A DNA stretch of 63,987 nt, the filler included, from Collodictyon triciliatum (Eukaryota): the NCBI GenBank assembly GCA_043381765.1. It is 5 parts of 5 records of this genome, joined end to end, with 100 filler letters (N's around TTAATTAATTAA, not from the genome) between each part and the next. Parts side by side here need not be neighbours in the genome. Positions count along the whole stretch, not along the records: positions 26,441 to 41,558 come from JBHJMP010001018.1; positions 41,659 to 56,068 come from JBHJMP010001022.1; 3 more parts are not named here. One strand, written 5' to 3'. This document shows, one piece after another, positions 30,255 through 43,929 of the stretch. Below the pieces are notes generated by a model. That model was given only the letters and a program-made list of their open reading frames with translations. It was not told the origin of the DNA and did not search any database. A program made the position numbers and the translations under genes. Position 1 is the stretch's first letter. Each line of letters opens with the position of its first letter.

Positions 30255-33105
30255 ATGGAGCCGAACAAATTGCCGAGCGCCCTGCCTCACACAGACAGCG
30301 ACCATGAGTCCTCTGATTTGGAGCAGGGTCCAAAGTCCGAGCTTCTCCCTCTAAGGGGAAAGCAGCCTCATCACCACGAGTGAGCCTCAGAATGATTCAT
30401 TTTGATATAATTCCTGAAAACGCCTTCCTTTTTTCCTTCCCTCCGGGATGGCTATTCTGACGATACAAAAGGTAACAAATATATGAATCAAATACTACGT
30501 GCTGGTAGGGATCAAGATGAAACCAAAGTCAATAAGGGGCTCCAATGGCGAATTATTTTTACAGCCTTTTTCACTACCCTCTACTGTGTTGTGGAATTGG
30601 GTCTGGCTTTGTATCTTGGTTCCTTGGTATTACTCAGCGACGCATTCCACAACATATCAGACGTTGTTGCTATGTATGTGGCTTTGAAGGCTGAGCAGGT
30701 AAGGCATTTCATAAAAGATCTTTAGAAGCTTCTCCTTTCCTCAAACTAGCATAAGATTGAAGCAGATTTCTCTGTGGACTCTATGAAAATGATAATACCG
30801 ACGAATTTTTTTTTTGATAACTTGAACCTTACGACTGAGATTACTACAAACAAAGATCTAACATTATTTTACTTCTGTCTATCCTTCAAGGCCTTGTCTC
30901 GTCGTGCCAATGATGTAATGACGTATGGATATGATAGAATGCAAATTCTAGGCGGCCTTGCTAACGGCATTTTTTTGTTGGCCCTTTGCCTATATGCCTT
31001 TTTAGAGGCGGGTGCTCGCTTTGTGGAACCGCCCGGTGCGTATTGAAATGATTTTATCTGGAGATGGCAGTGACAAATCATTGATCAATATAGAAAACTA
31101 ATTCATGAAATATTTTACATTTTAAACCAGAACCAATCCACTTTCACGCAAACTATATTCTATTTCTTTGCATCGTATTATGAAAAACTGCAATTTGGCG
31201 TCTCAAATGATATTTGCCTCTTTGCATGCTAGAAATTCCATCTCCTTTGTTAATGGCATATGTAGCTGGGGCTGGTATATTCCTAAATTTCTTTGGAGCC
31301 GTGGTCGTAGGTAGTCAGGCTTTACTCACATGTCAACCTGTCACACCCTTTCTATCTCTTAAATTACTAAAACCACGCAGATTGAAAGGAAGAATTCAAC
31401 TCAAAAATCACTCACCCCAGGCCATCACGGACACTCTCACGGACACTCTCACGGACACTCTCATGGACACTCTCATGGACACTCTCATGGACACTCTCAT
31501 GGGCACTCTCATGGGCACTCTCACTCCAATTGCAGTGGTCATGAAAAGGGACAAAAGCATGAGCATTCACATAACCCCACGAAGAAAGAAAATGCAGGCC
31601 ACCATGACCATTCCGATGAGCATTCCGATGGACATTCTCACGTATGTCGCAAGAGTTCTTTTATACACACTATTACCCAGTACTCCTATATGACCTTCTC
31701 TTTTTTTTTCTTTTTAACAGTCCCTCCCTTTCCGTTCCCCGACTCTAGATGAATATGAATGTACAAGGACTTGTGTATCATCTTCTTGGGGATGCTCTGT
31801 CGTCACTTTGTGTTCTTGCATCAGGTATTTGAATTAATTGCAAACCATCATTTGTTCTGTGATTACCTTTCCTGTCCTGGTTAAAAATATTTTTGTCGCA
31901 ATAAGAAAGCTGTTGTTTACGAAAATAAAATCCACGGCAGGTTTATTGATGTTCTTCTTTCCGGACAGCGTTTGGTCACCTTATATCGACCCTATATCGA
32001 GGTAATCGATGTACCAACAAGAGCCACCTGATGAAATAATTTTAACACACTTAATTTACTAGCATAATTGTCATCATCATCATCCTCGCCACAACTGTTC
32101 CGTTTGGTACATACCATAATATTCTCTTTTGCATAAACACCGCATCGCCATATCCGAAACAATCTATCCCTCTTTTCTGACACATACACACACTTCTTTT
32201 CCATGTTTAGTCAATAGCTGTTGGTTAATCCTTATGCAAGGGTCACCAAATGCTACGACGCTGAAGGAAATCAGAGGGAAACTTTACGAAGTAGTGAAAA
32301 TAGCTTATGTTTTTTTTTCTTTAAAAACAGTTTTGCCCTTTCTTTCATTCCAAATAATTAGTATGCATATGTAAACCTCAATACATCGACAGACATAATG
32401 CCACATGAATCGAAATTTGATGTCTGACATATAGATGTGACAATGTTGTACATTAGTATCAAGGGGTTGTTTCCGTCCATGACCTTCATATTTGGAGTTT
32501 GGATGATACCACGCAGATTGGGACTGTCCACATTGCAGTTTCTGACAAGAAGTAAGTCATGAAATTCAAACGTCTGAATACGAAGTTATTAGGGACAGTT
32601 GCTAACATAATCAAACCTATGGTTAAAACTGACATTTTAGGCACTTGGACAAAGTTGTTTCTTCAGGTAAACCCATAATCTAAACTGCTTAAGTAACAAA
32701 CGAGCGGGTACATATAGACAAATAATAGGCATATTTATTTCATATGGCCAGTATAGGAAGAAAAGTAAAATTCTTAAGAGTTCACTTCCACTCCTACTGA
32801 ACATCAATTTTTAGCAAAAGCAGTCTTCCACTCATATGGCGTACACGCTACAACAGTCCAGGCTGAAACAGTGAACGAAGAGCTGCCCTTGGTAGTTTTT
32901 CTTTGATTGATCAAAATACCTTCTTTCCTTTTACCTTTTGAATTAAGCACCACCGAGAAAAGGGTAATTGCACCATACTGATCGAATATGACCGCATCTG
33001 AATTATACGTGAATGAAACAGAGTCAGCAAAAGCAATGCGCCCAAGCATGTGTACCAACCTGCCGCAACCTGAAGAGCGTTAGCGAAAGCGATGACGACT
33101 ATTGA
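30255..33105 (+). CDS. Cation diffusion facilitator (SLC30, ZnT1/Zrc1-like) zinc exporter
   Basis: GSLVLLSDAFHNISDV (TM2 HxxxD), MTYGYDRMQILGGLANG, His-rich loop, NMNVQGLVYHLLGDAL (TM5 HxxxD), YIDPISS, ILMQGSP, VHDLHIWSL and HSYGVHATTVQAE. The terminal exon QCAQACVPTC...DDDY* is inferred, so the 3' end is less certain. Confidence 0.92.
31429..31524 (+). repeat. Coding 12-nt tandem repeat x8 (GGRCACTCTCAY) encoding (GHSH)8
   Basis: Eight units counted directly in the ZnT loop exon. Confidence 0.95.
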
Positions 33106-33927
33106 CATTTACAAAAAAAAAAAAACGAAAAAGATTGGAATTCTTAATCTTAACTTTGCGAGGGTCAGAAAAACAAACAAAAACAAAGTTGATCCATTCT
33201 CAAAATAAAACATAAACTTCTGGGAATCCGAGAATCGTCACGGCTCAGATGATGATTGTAAAACCCCAGCAATAAGCCGCCACAGCGCGAGGTGTTTCAT
33301 TCCAAGCCACGGTGAGCCGCGCAGTCAACCTGTGTTCATCGCACGGCGCGTTTCAAGCGGCGCGAGACATCGGCGCAGAGAACAGATTTCAACACGAGCA
33401 CCCTTGACATTTCCACATATAGATCATAACGACTTTATTGCCTTACGAGGGATGCTCAACGACTTTATTCATTCATGCCTGTTATGCATACGCTTCACGG
33501 GATTAATTTGGAATCTCCTGTGTTTTATCCATAATAATATTATCGACATGAAGCGCTAGCTTATGGGTCGCGGATGGTCTGTGGGAACAAGCCAAGTTCG
33601 AAGAAATACAGCATGGATTGTCTCGTCAAAAGTATTACCAATGTGTGTGGTTGGGTGGTTTCGGGGGAGTAGCCCGCAGAGGGCGCGCCTGCAGCAGGAT
33701 CCAATTCTTGGAACAAAAGGGCGAGCCAGGCGGCCGAATCAGCTGCACTCTGAAAAGCTATCGTAGTAACTTATCCAGCCAAGCTACCTTCTAATAGCTT
33801 TAATAAGAATAATGATAATAACATGAGAAGAAAAAAAAAGAAGTGGGGAATCAATAACCGGACGACGAGGTTGGTATGTTTAAGCACTCATTTCACACCC
33901 CCCTGGTATGGTGCGAAAGGCACTATC

Positions 33928-33997
33928 TTTTCTTTTCTTTTCTTTTCTTTTCTTTTCTTTTCTTTTCTTTTCTTTTCTTTTCTTTTCTTTTCTTTTC
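33928..33997. repeat. (TTTTC)n microsatellite
   Basis: Direct observation. Confidence 0.95.
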
Positions 33998-34399
33998 TAT
34001 TGGAGGTTGAGGCCATACAAGGACTCTTACTCGCCCAATCCTAGCCCAGCCTTGCCTCTCCTGCTCCTTTTCATATCCTCCCCTTCTCTCGTTCTGCGTT
34101 GCACTCACCTGCTGCCCAAAAACCCGTCACTAAAAGAAAACATCTTTGTATGTATATATTTCTTTTACCTATATATGACATGGCAGCGATCAACTGCTCG
34201 AGATAAGAAAATAATACTCTGGGCCGCACATAAGCTTTCTCCATTTTTTCTTTTATTGTCGGAGCGATTACACTGGGTCTCATTTCTCAGCAACACCGTC
34301 AGCCTAATGTTTTCGCTTTCAATAGCCGCTGGTTTCGTCCTATTTATTATTACTAATAACAATGTTATTATCACAACTAAGACGGAGGGACTGGTGCAG

Positions 34400-37300
34400 A
34401 TGGCCTCTGCAGATCGGAAATACCAAGAGCCTGCCGCTGTTCAAAAGAGTGGGCCGAGTGGTGAGATTACATTCACAGAGTCCTAGTCACATTATTTGTA
34501 TAGCTGAAGAATAGTATATGCTTCTTTTTGGATGTGTATGGTATTTCGACAAGTGTAAGGGATGATTCATTCTCATATCCTGTCACGCCTTGCACGATTG
34601 ATCGCATTTTCTAACATATGCTTCCCTTAAAAAACATCGCGTATTCTACTTTTGTCCTATTTTAGGATCGAACCAGAAACCAAAAACTCCAATAGGTTTG
34701 CTTATCAAAGATATTTATATGCTTTTGCCAACATATTTTTATGCCGAAAGAATGTACCATATAAAATCAATACCTTTGTCCATACTGCGCTCTTGGGGAC
34801 AAGAAAAGTGTCCTTTTTTTATTAATTTTTTTTATCAAAAATATATTGCACGCATATAATTATTTTTACTCATTATGCGAATTAAACGATCATTTGCCAC
34901 CAAAGACCTTCTTTAAACTCATTTAGGATACAATCCCACAAACCGAGATATACCGAGCTCACGTGTCTTTGATATTTTCTTATATATTTATATATAGATG
35001 AAAAAACGGAGAGGTCAAGAAAGCGCATTGAAACGATCCGAAAAAAATTTCTCAATCAGCCTAACCGAAGGAACGAGTCGTTTGCATCCGATCATCAGAG
35101 CTCTGTCCCATCTGTAGATGATTTATTCGACAGTTTTCATTTCTTATATATTCCAGTGACCAGCGCACGATGAAAACCTTGTATTTCGAACAAGCTATCC
35201 CCCCACCCTTATCATGCTCTTTTTATTTTTATTTACCATCTCACTTTCAACTTTTTTTTCTCAGGAAGTTGGAGAGGGAGAGACAATAGAAGATTCTTAT
35301 GGGTAAGTTGTACTTTTACGATTTCGCACTATATCCGCCTCCTTTTTTTCCCATACACACACACACACACAAAGAAGCACAATTAAAGTTGGCGATAAAG
35401 AATATGAAATTAATCCATAACATGTTAGATATTGGGCTTGGATTTCAAAGCGTGTCCCCATCCACCCAGAGTCGATGACGAGAAAGATATCATCATCATT
35501 TGTTGTTTTGGCTACCATGTGGAACTTAGTGGTCATTCCGTTTCAAATTAGTTTCTCAATAGACTATTCTCTCAAGCTGTATCTCTTGCAGTACTTCTTT
35601 GACTGTTGTCTGGTTTGTTCCAAAATTTGAAAGAAAATATTGAACCCATATCCCATCATAAAGGCATGTTATTTGCGCATAATTTTTTCGCTTTGGTGAA
35701 AGAAATTTCACCATCACATAAATATGTTCTTTTAACCACCAGGAGACGACCAAACACATGTTTACATTCACGTTATTAGTTCACCGAAATCATACTGAAT
35801 TTTATAACTGCCTTCCAACACGAAGGATTTTACATCAGAAGTTTCCCTCTCATCAGAGAGAGATACATCGTGCGTTTATTTTTCACTCAACCAAATTCGA
35901 AAATGTGCAGATATAATCACCTTGCAGCCTTTAAATTAACAGAATTACTATTTTACTTGACCTCTAACGCAGCTAAACGGGTTTTACTGGCAATTTTTTT
36001 CATCTTTCCCCTATGAGCTCATCGCCATTCCGATAGGAACAGAATATATGCCTTACTTTCGTATCGTAAGATTTCTATGGGTTCGTTATCTAAACGATAT
36101 AGCAAAAGAAATTGAAGAGGTAAACCAAATTATTTTTCTGCTTCCTCTTTACTAAAAGAAAAAAGACTTTCCGCTGGAAAACTCTACCTAACTTTGGAAA
36201 CCTTCATAAATATAATTCTTTTCTTTTCTTTATAAAACAACTCCAAAACCCATGTAGGGATACAAACTTCGCCCTATTTTTATTCGCATCTCAAAAGTTT
36301 TGTTCTTTATATTTTGGTTTATTCACACTTATGGTTGTATGTGGCATTTTGTTGCTGCTACGGCAAGCTCTGTAAGAATACATAATCATATATATTCTTT
36401 TTAGTCTTATATCTTGAATTTAATCCAACGTGTATCTACAAAGTGTTTTCTTACTAAATACCTATTACTATTTTCACGACTTTTCTTTTATCATTCTAAA
36501 CCAATTTGCTCTTTATATCCTACCCAGACCGAAACAACGTGGCTTGATAACTACGGTTTGGACCATGCCCCAACATTTGATCGGGTGGAGATTGGGTTTC
36601 AAAGACCAAACAAATAATTAAAATAACTTCACCCTTTACATTGATCTCTTTATCTCCAGGGGTGTCTTACAATTTAACTATATATTTTTCTTTTTAGTAT
36701 GTCGCATCATGTTACTGGGTCGTCACTGTTATGACCACTATAGGATTTGGAGGTAGGATGTGATCATTGTCTCTGTTGTGATATGCCTTCTCTCTCAATA
36801 GCACCTAAACCTATTTGTTAACATTATAGACATAACTCCTGCTAGGACAACAGAAAGATTATTCGCCATGGTTTGACTATTTATTCCACTTAGTTTCACT
36901 ATGTTACGTTGTAAAGCACATCTAACCTATATGTTGTGCAGTTTGCTATGCTTACAGCGGCTTTTGTATACGCTTTAATTATGGGAACTATGACAACTAT
37001 CATACAAGCGATGGACAAGAGTGCAATAAGGTTCGAATTACTGAATCTAAACGTACCGCAAATGTCCACGTTTTCATATACTAATTATTTTTCTGACCCC
37101 TCCATAGATATCGGGAAAAGTTAGACACACTAGAGGAATATATCGCTTATAGAAAAATACCAAATCAATTAAAGAAAAGAATTCTCAGTTATTACCAAGT
37201 CATGTGGTCAAGGTCGAAGGGATTAGATGAAAATCATGTTTGAGTCCTCCTGACACCCTCCATATACTAGCAATAAAGTATCATAAGAAAAATAACTCGT

Positions 37301-37587
37301 GAGCCATTCGTGATATGGAATTCCCATCAATCATAGATTCTTGAGGACTTGCCCACATCTCTTCGAGCGGCCATCGCACTTCACCTTAACAGACCTTTGT
37401 TAAAGAAGTGTCCGATATTCAAAGATTGCTCTACGCCAGGATTCATCAATTCTATCGTCGTCCATCTCCATCCTGTAGTTGCTCTTCCTGGTGATTTCCT
37501 GAATTAAATAATGCGCCTTAACCATGATCCTTTAATTCTAACTAAACAAGTTGATAAACTCTCCGTTGCCTTTATTTTTACTATAAC

Positions 37588-37686
<99 letters not shown>

Positions 37687-40600
37687 ACTTTCTGTCTTAT
37701 TATTCTTTCTGTATGTGGCTTACACTTTTCTCGTAGGTGAATTTGTAATAAGACAAGGTGAAATCGGACGCGAAATGTTTTTTGTTCGAAAAGGAGAACT
37801 TCAAGTCTATGGAGCTGATGGTAAAACAGTCCTAAGAGGTAAGAAAAATTCATAAGAAATTTGTATTATATTTTGATCAAAATGGGAATATATAAATGCA
37901 TCAAGAAAGTTCGCGCCATTTAAGTACGCAGTCATAATCACATATGATTCATTGCGTTCTTTATTTTCTCTTATAATTTCTCATCGACCGTGTGGTTTAC
38001 CATAGTGATTGGTGATGGAAGTTACTTTGGAGATATCGCTCTCCTTTTAGAATCGAGGAGAACCGCGTCTGTGAGTGGGAAATATGAATCTTTTACCGAA
38101 TTCCAATTACTTGCATCCTCTGAATCTTGATTGATACAATCTTAACTATTTATACATGGACCTTAGGTCAAAGCTGTCAGCTGTTGCGATCTGCTACTCC
38201 TCAAAAAGAAAGACTTTGATTCAGTCTGTGATAGATTTTTATAACTTTTTTTTCGTTTCCTCGTTTTTCTTTTGCATGGTTCAATGTATTGTAAATGACC
38301 CCATTCAAAGGTGTTGGAGTTCTTTCCTGACTATGCTGAGGTTATGAGAAATCGTGCCAAACTTGAATTGCAGAGGAAACTACCAGGGGTAAATCTCAAA
38401 TACATGCCTTTAGTTAAAAACAACTCGCTCCTCTAGTATTGTATCGAGTGTGTCGAAATCAAGCTTGAAGGATGATATCTCTACTTTCTTCTGCAAATAT
38501 CTTATTGTGCAAGCACTTGGCTAAGCATTGCCTCATTTCCCCTCATCAACTTTTTTTGTGTTCTAGGTTGTTCGAACAAACTCTGATGTTGGGCTATCAG
38601 TTAGCAAGTTTGCTATTTTATGTCACTTTTTTTTTTAAAAAGAATAAACAAATTAACAAACTATATAGCAACTATCTCATGTTTCTAAATATGGCTCAAG
38701 CTTGTCATTTTATAATATCAATTACATATGCCAAACAAGTTGATTAACAGGACAAGTGAGATTATAGTAGAAATTTTCTAATTCAAACCACATAGGCAAT
38801 CTATCGAGGCTGTCGCCATTCCAAAGGCTACTATACGTTTGTTTCATAATTCATAGCTTGGAATGATATCAAACAGCCCAAAAATTATACTTTTCAATTG
38901 CAGAATACGTAATAATCATTACATTCATGGTGAAAATCTGTAGAGCCCCTTCAGACCCATCCACAAACAGACGCTGATATAATGATGAGTACCAGTCTGA
39001 GAGGAGCTGCTCAAGAGCAAATCAACACCGCCATGGGGTTGGAGGAACAAAATATAGAGGCTAAATCAGAAGAGAGTAACAAGGCTGAACTTGGTATTTT
39101 TGACGACTCTGATGACTCTAATGAGAATGAAAATGTAAGCGAATATCCAAGTATCCTACTATCCATCGATGAATTTACTAATTCATGTAGTTGGACGCAT
39201 ACATGATTTCTTCTTTCACTCTCTCTCTCTCTTTTTTATCTTCCTTGGATACTCATGATCCTTACGAATAATAGACAGCGGTCAAGAACTACGAAAATGA
39301 AATGGAAATGACCCTCAAAACCTTGAAGCTAGAGAGGGAAATCGCCATCGCTATCCAGCTCGAAAAGGTTAGCTCCATTCTTGAATAGATAGTATGAATA
39401 CAAACATCTGATATATCCCTATGGGTATTATTTTTATACAAAACATACGTATCAATTACTAGTATGAATCTAAAAAGAAATTAAATGAGGTTGTATTGTA
39501 AAATTCGAACTTGTCACATTTTGTTGCAGGAGGAAGAGGAGAAGAAGCAAGGAATAAAACCATGTAATTTGTTTATGTACAAATTCCAAAATATATACTG
39601 TTCAAGTTTGTCACGGTCGTGAACTAAGCCTAACATCGATTTCTCCATATTTTTTTTTAAAAAAAAAAACGCAAACCCCTTTTGCAGCAAAAGCAAAATC
39701 CAAGAAACATTTAACGAGCAGTAAGCCCTATAACTAATACATAATTACCAAAATTAATTTACTATTCACAAAAATAATCGCATAACAGCATCTGTACTGC
39801 AGTCACGTTGCTTACTACTCGTGTACTAAACTTTGGCTCGCGTCTGATCACATCAGATCCCCTGGCAGCGGTGTTTTTCTCCAAGGTTCACAATAGCTTT
39901 GGAGGCCCCTCTCGTTCTCGCAAAACCTCAAAAGAGACTCCATTAAACTCTGGGGTGAGTGCCATATTCAAACCCTGGTGTATACTCCAAAACAAAACCC
40001 TATCCACATTTCCCTCGCTCGAGCCAGATGCAATGTGCATCGAATAGCATATGCCAAAAAGAAAGTTTTCTATTTTTTTGACCTAAGCACTTCCCCAATT
40101 CCTTGCGATTAATTTTGATCAGTTGATTGAGTCGAAGTCTTCGATTGTGTCAGGAACGCAGAACATAGACCTAGATATATCGCCAACGAGAAGAAGAATG
40201 GTAAATTCATCAGAATACGCATCAATTTTTTTTTAACAAATACTTTGTTTCCACTACATGTACTTGTCCCTCATATATATAGACCGTTTAGAGCCAGAAA
40301 AGGTTTTGTAACCACTGCCTTGCTTGCATTCGCATTTCAATCATGCAGAGTAACGGGGTTGTGCGCGCGTTGACACCGAACGAATTGTCCAGGAGTGGGC
40401 ACTCGCGTGTTGGTAGTGCGCACAGTACATCATCCAATCAAGAAGTACGCGGTCCCTTCCCTGTATCGAGACGAAATTCGCTCACAAAGACTTCGCCACC
40501 ATCTGTTGTCGTTACAATGGCATCGCCAGTTCAATCAAGTAACGACATGAAAAAAGTGAGAATATTCAACGAGGCCAGCAGCGTGAATGGGAATGTTCCT

Positions 40601-40888
40601 GGACTTAGGACTGGCTTAGATTCAAATGGAGGAAGATATGACCCCGCTTGCGACACGTTAGACGATGTAACCCCAGTCCAAGTCTTTTCAGAGGATGATT
40701 TGCGACAGTCACCGCACATACTGGATCCTGGAAGCCGTGGTGTTGCTCTATTTACAGATGAGAGGCAATCAATTTCCCTCCGAGATATCCCAGGGTCTGT
40801 TGTCTCATTTACGAACCACGATAGAATGCTGAAAGACAGAGATGCCGACCCCAACGGCAGCGACGGCAATGGTGGCGAGGCAGGATGA
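34400..40888 (+). CDS. 6-TM potassium channel with C-linker and cyclic-nucleotide-binding domain (CNG/HCN/KCNH superfamily) and a long low-complexity C-terminus
   Basis: PIHPES...MWNLVVIPFQI (S1), EIILNFITAF, S4 FRIVRFLWVR, pore YWVVTVMTTIGFG|DITP, C-linker YREKLDTLEEYIAYRKIP...ILEDLPTSLR, and CNBD GEFVIRQGEIGREMFFV...GSYFGDIALLLESRRTASVKA. The start ATG and distal exons are less certain. Confidence 0.9.
37588..37685. repeat. (TAT)n microsatellite in a channel intron
   Basis: Direct observation. Confidence 0.95.
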
Positions 40889-41558
40889 ATGTTCTGTTTA
40901 TGACTATGTCCTCCACTTCAGTATAAAGAAAAGAAAAAAAGAGGGGTGAAATGATCAAATTAATCTATACATACTTAATGTAATGTGTAGTCTGCAATAA
41001 AAAAAAATAAAAAATAAAAAAAGGGGATGTGGGTAAGAAAGTGGTAATCATACATCGAAAATATGCCACCCTTTTCTATTATGCAACAACTGTCATCAAT
41101 TCACACCGCAAACCTAGACACTCGCTTTTCTTGGTGATTAATAAAAGATGTTCACCCATGTCGACCTTTTAAATCATATTACTCGGATGCCCCTCGCTCT
41201 ATGTTCCGCAACATAACACCATCAGCAGTTTCATCTCTTCAGGGGTCGAAGATTATTTTTCTTTCCCTTCGTCCGATACAGTCCACAATTGTTGGAAGTG
41301 CTCAATTAAGAATATTTTCCGCATATGGATATTTAAACGCTCAGAAAGTCTTTGCAACCTGAAATCGACAGCCCGCTGGGAAAATTGCGCCACCCAAAAC
41401 CGCCGCAGATACTCGGAGGAGGGTGCGGTGGGACAAGTTCGCCTGGAGTATTTTTTGTTGAAAAAACAAAGTAACAGAGTAGCAAAGTGGCAAAGTGGCA
41501 AAGTGACAAAAAAACAAAAAAAACAAAAAAAAACAAAAATAAAACAAAAATAAAAAAA

Positions 41559-41658
41559 NNNNNNNNNNNNNNNNNNNNNNNNNNNNNNNNNNNNNNNNNN
41601 NNTTAATTAATTAANNNNNNNNNNNNNNNNNNNNNNNNNNNNNNNNNNNNNNNNNNNN
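41559..41658. other. Artificial contig-joining linker
   Basis: N44-TTAATTAATTAA-N44. Confidence 0.95.
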
Positions 41659-41660
41659 TT

Positions 41661-41704
<44 letters not shown>

Positions 41705-41959
41705 TTTCTTTCTTTTTCTTTCTTTTTCTTTCTTTTTCTTTCTTTTTCTTTCTTTTTCTTTCTATCTTACTTTCTTTCTTTTATTTATTTATTTATTTCT
41801 TTCTTTCTTTACTTATTTATTTATTTTTTTTATCGCTACGGCCCCTTGTATTTGTTACTATCTGTCTTTTTGAGATGATTCTTTTTTTTTCATAACAATC
41901 GCTCGCAGCTGGTCTCCCTTATTCTGATGGATATATTTTTTATCTATTTAATCATGTAG

Positions 41960-43103
41960 AAAATGGTTGGAGGAAGAAGATAGGCGGTTGACGACTGCTG
42001 TCAAAGATGTCGAAGATTACGCTTGGAAAAAAATTGCTCTCCATGTTCCCAACCGACTGGATGTACAGGTCATTACCAATCCATGACTTCTCAAATCAAA
42101 AAAATAAAAGTGAATAGTAACTGAAAATATTATATCATTCCATTATACATTTCCCCCATTTCGCCTATTTCTCTTTATTTCTCCTTTCGCCAGATGCTCT
42201 TCTCTACATAATACGAGTATTTCAATCACCATACTTTTGCTCCGTAAAAAAAATCAAACATGAGTATTCTTCCCAGATGACTTTATTTTATTTACTTATT
42301 TAAAAATAAATATTTCATCTGTAACAAATTAGTGTCGCCACCGTTGGGTCTTTTGGACTGGCTTTGTTGACAGAGCTCTGAAGAAAGGATTGGGGAATTT
42401 ACTGGATATGAATCCTTACGGTGTTGAAAAATCCTTCAGCGGACCAGTTATTTGGAGCCAAGATTGGGACGGACTTCCAATATCCATTATACTTCCCATA
42501 TCTATTCTATGCCTGATGATTAAGCAAGATTTTCACGAGAAGCGGAGGCAATTCATCCGCATGGGAGCTGGTCCGCTGTCATACGAGGAGCAAACACCAG
42601 CGAAAGCATTTGCTACACTTTCCGAGAGGTTTAGCACCCAGAACATCCTCGATTTTACTAGGAACCTGGTTCATCCTCAACAACGTTCATTGTTGTCATC
42701 AACAGCCATAGCAACGAAACACTACCCATCGCCCTCCCCTCTTCAGCAGCTTACCAACCAAGATAGAGTCTTTCAAATGGTTTCTCGTTGGATTGAAAAT
42801 AGAATCAACATAATCCCGTACGGTGCACACGTCCAAGAAAAGAGAGGTGTCACTGTGCCCGTCAATATTTTTGTCGGTTCATCCTCAGGACCTCAAACAT
42901 CGCAGCTGCAGCTGACAGAGCCGTCTTCACAGCAGCATATCTTAGCTGGTCAGGAAAACAAGAGGTATAGAAGAAAGTTGGTCAAGAAAGGATCTCCTGA
43001 AGAAAAAACATCCAACAGCAACCCGAACAGCAATGCAAACTCTCAACCAAATACTCCTCTTCTTCCAAGTAGGAAAATGAGCATGGAATCTCTTATCAAC
43101 TGA
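41960..43103 (+). CDS. Myb/SANT-domain transcription factor, 3' part
   Basis: KWLEEEDRRLTTAVKDVEDYAWKKIALHVPNRLDVQ|CRHRW is a Myb repeat with three spaced Trp residues. It is spliced into the long terminal exon ending RKMSMESLIN*. Confidence 0.88.
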
Positions 43104-43929
43104 AACGTAGGGTGTTTGTGTCTGATGCTAACCTGACAAAACTCCGCCAGGAATCACTTTTTTTTTTACTTTTAATTTATATGCCGCATAAAAGGAAAAG
43201 CGAGGATTAAATCTGGGCATGTCATCTTATGCAGCAACATAGCTGACATCTATCTCCCAACCCGAATACTATAGTATTTGCAAGCACTCTTTCCTTTGAG
43301 TCCCGCTAACAGACACAAAATGGGAAACCTTAATAACACGGCACCCATTTTTATTTTTACTTATGCCACATAATAGCGATTGACTACATAAGATTGATTA
43401 TTATTCCAATGTTCTCTTTAAACGAAAACATACTGTCCTTCTCTTCGATGCTGGTCTGGGGAACTGTGGTGAAAAACTTCATAAAAACAAACACAACCAG
43501 CCTTTACACTGAGCAATCGTCACTATACTCGTTTACAAGCAACAGTCTGCTTTCCTTCCCTTGAATCGAATAAAGGAAGGTAAAAAGCAGGAGTCCACCC
43601 TTCTCGTCTCATACTCAATTTCGCATGGCTTCCATCCCTGTCATTGCAATAGGTTTAGTTGGCATCTTTTCACTACACTCTTTTTTCCGGCTGCCCTTTC
43701 AAGTCGTGGGTTGCGCTTGGGCCTTTGGATTCTTTTGGGGTTGACTCGGCGGTTAGTCGAACCCAGATTTTCTGTTGGCCAGCATTTGACAGGATCGAGT
43801 AAGAAGGCACGAAAACATAAACGAACGAACGGAAAAGGAAAAAAAGGAAAAAAAGGAAAAAAGGAAAAAAAGAGGAAAGAAACAAAGAAACGAAAAGAGA
43901 AAAGAGAAATATTAAGGTTTTACTAGAGG

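Noticed and set aside
31429..31524. Direct repeats as a CRISPR-like array
   Set aside because: No spacers; this is an in-frame coding tandem repeat.
33240..33790. GC-richer intergenic stretch as a possible SRP, RNase P or snRNA gene, or vector polylinker (GGCGCGCC, CTGCAG, GGATCC)
   Set aside because: No conserved ncRNA motif recognised, and the restriction sites do not match a known polylinker order. More likely promoter or UTR; an Rfam scan would settle it.
41253..41442. Terminal exon of a minus-strand gene cut by the linker
   Set aside because: All three frames are open after the CAG acceptor and none is recognisable, so no call can be supported.
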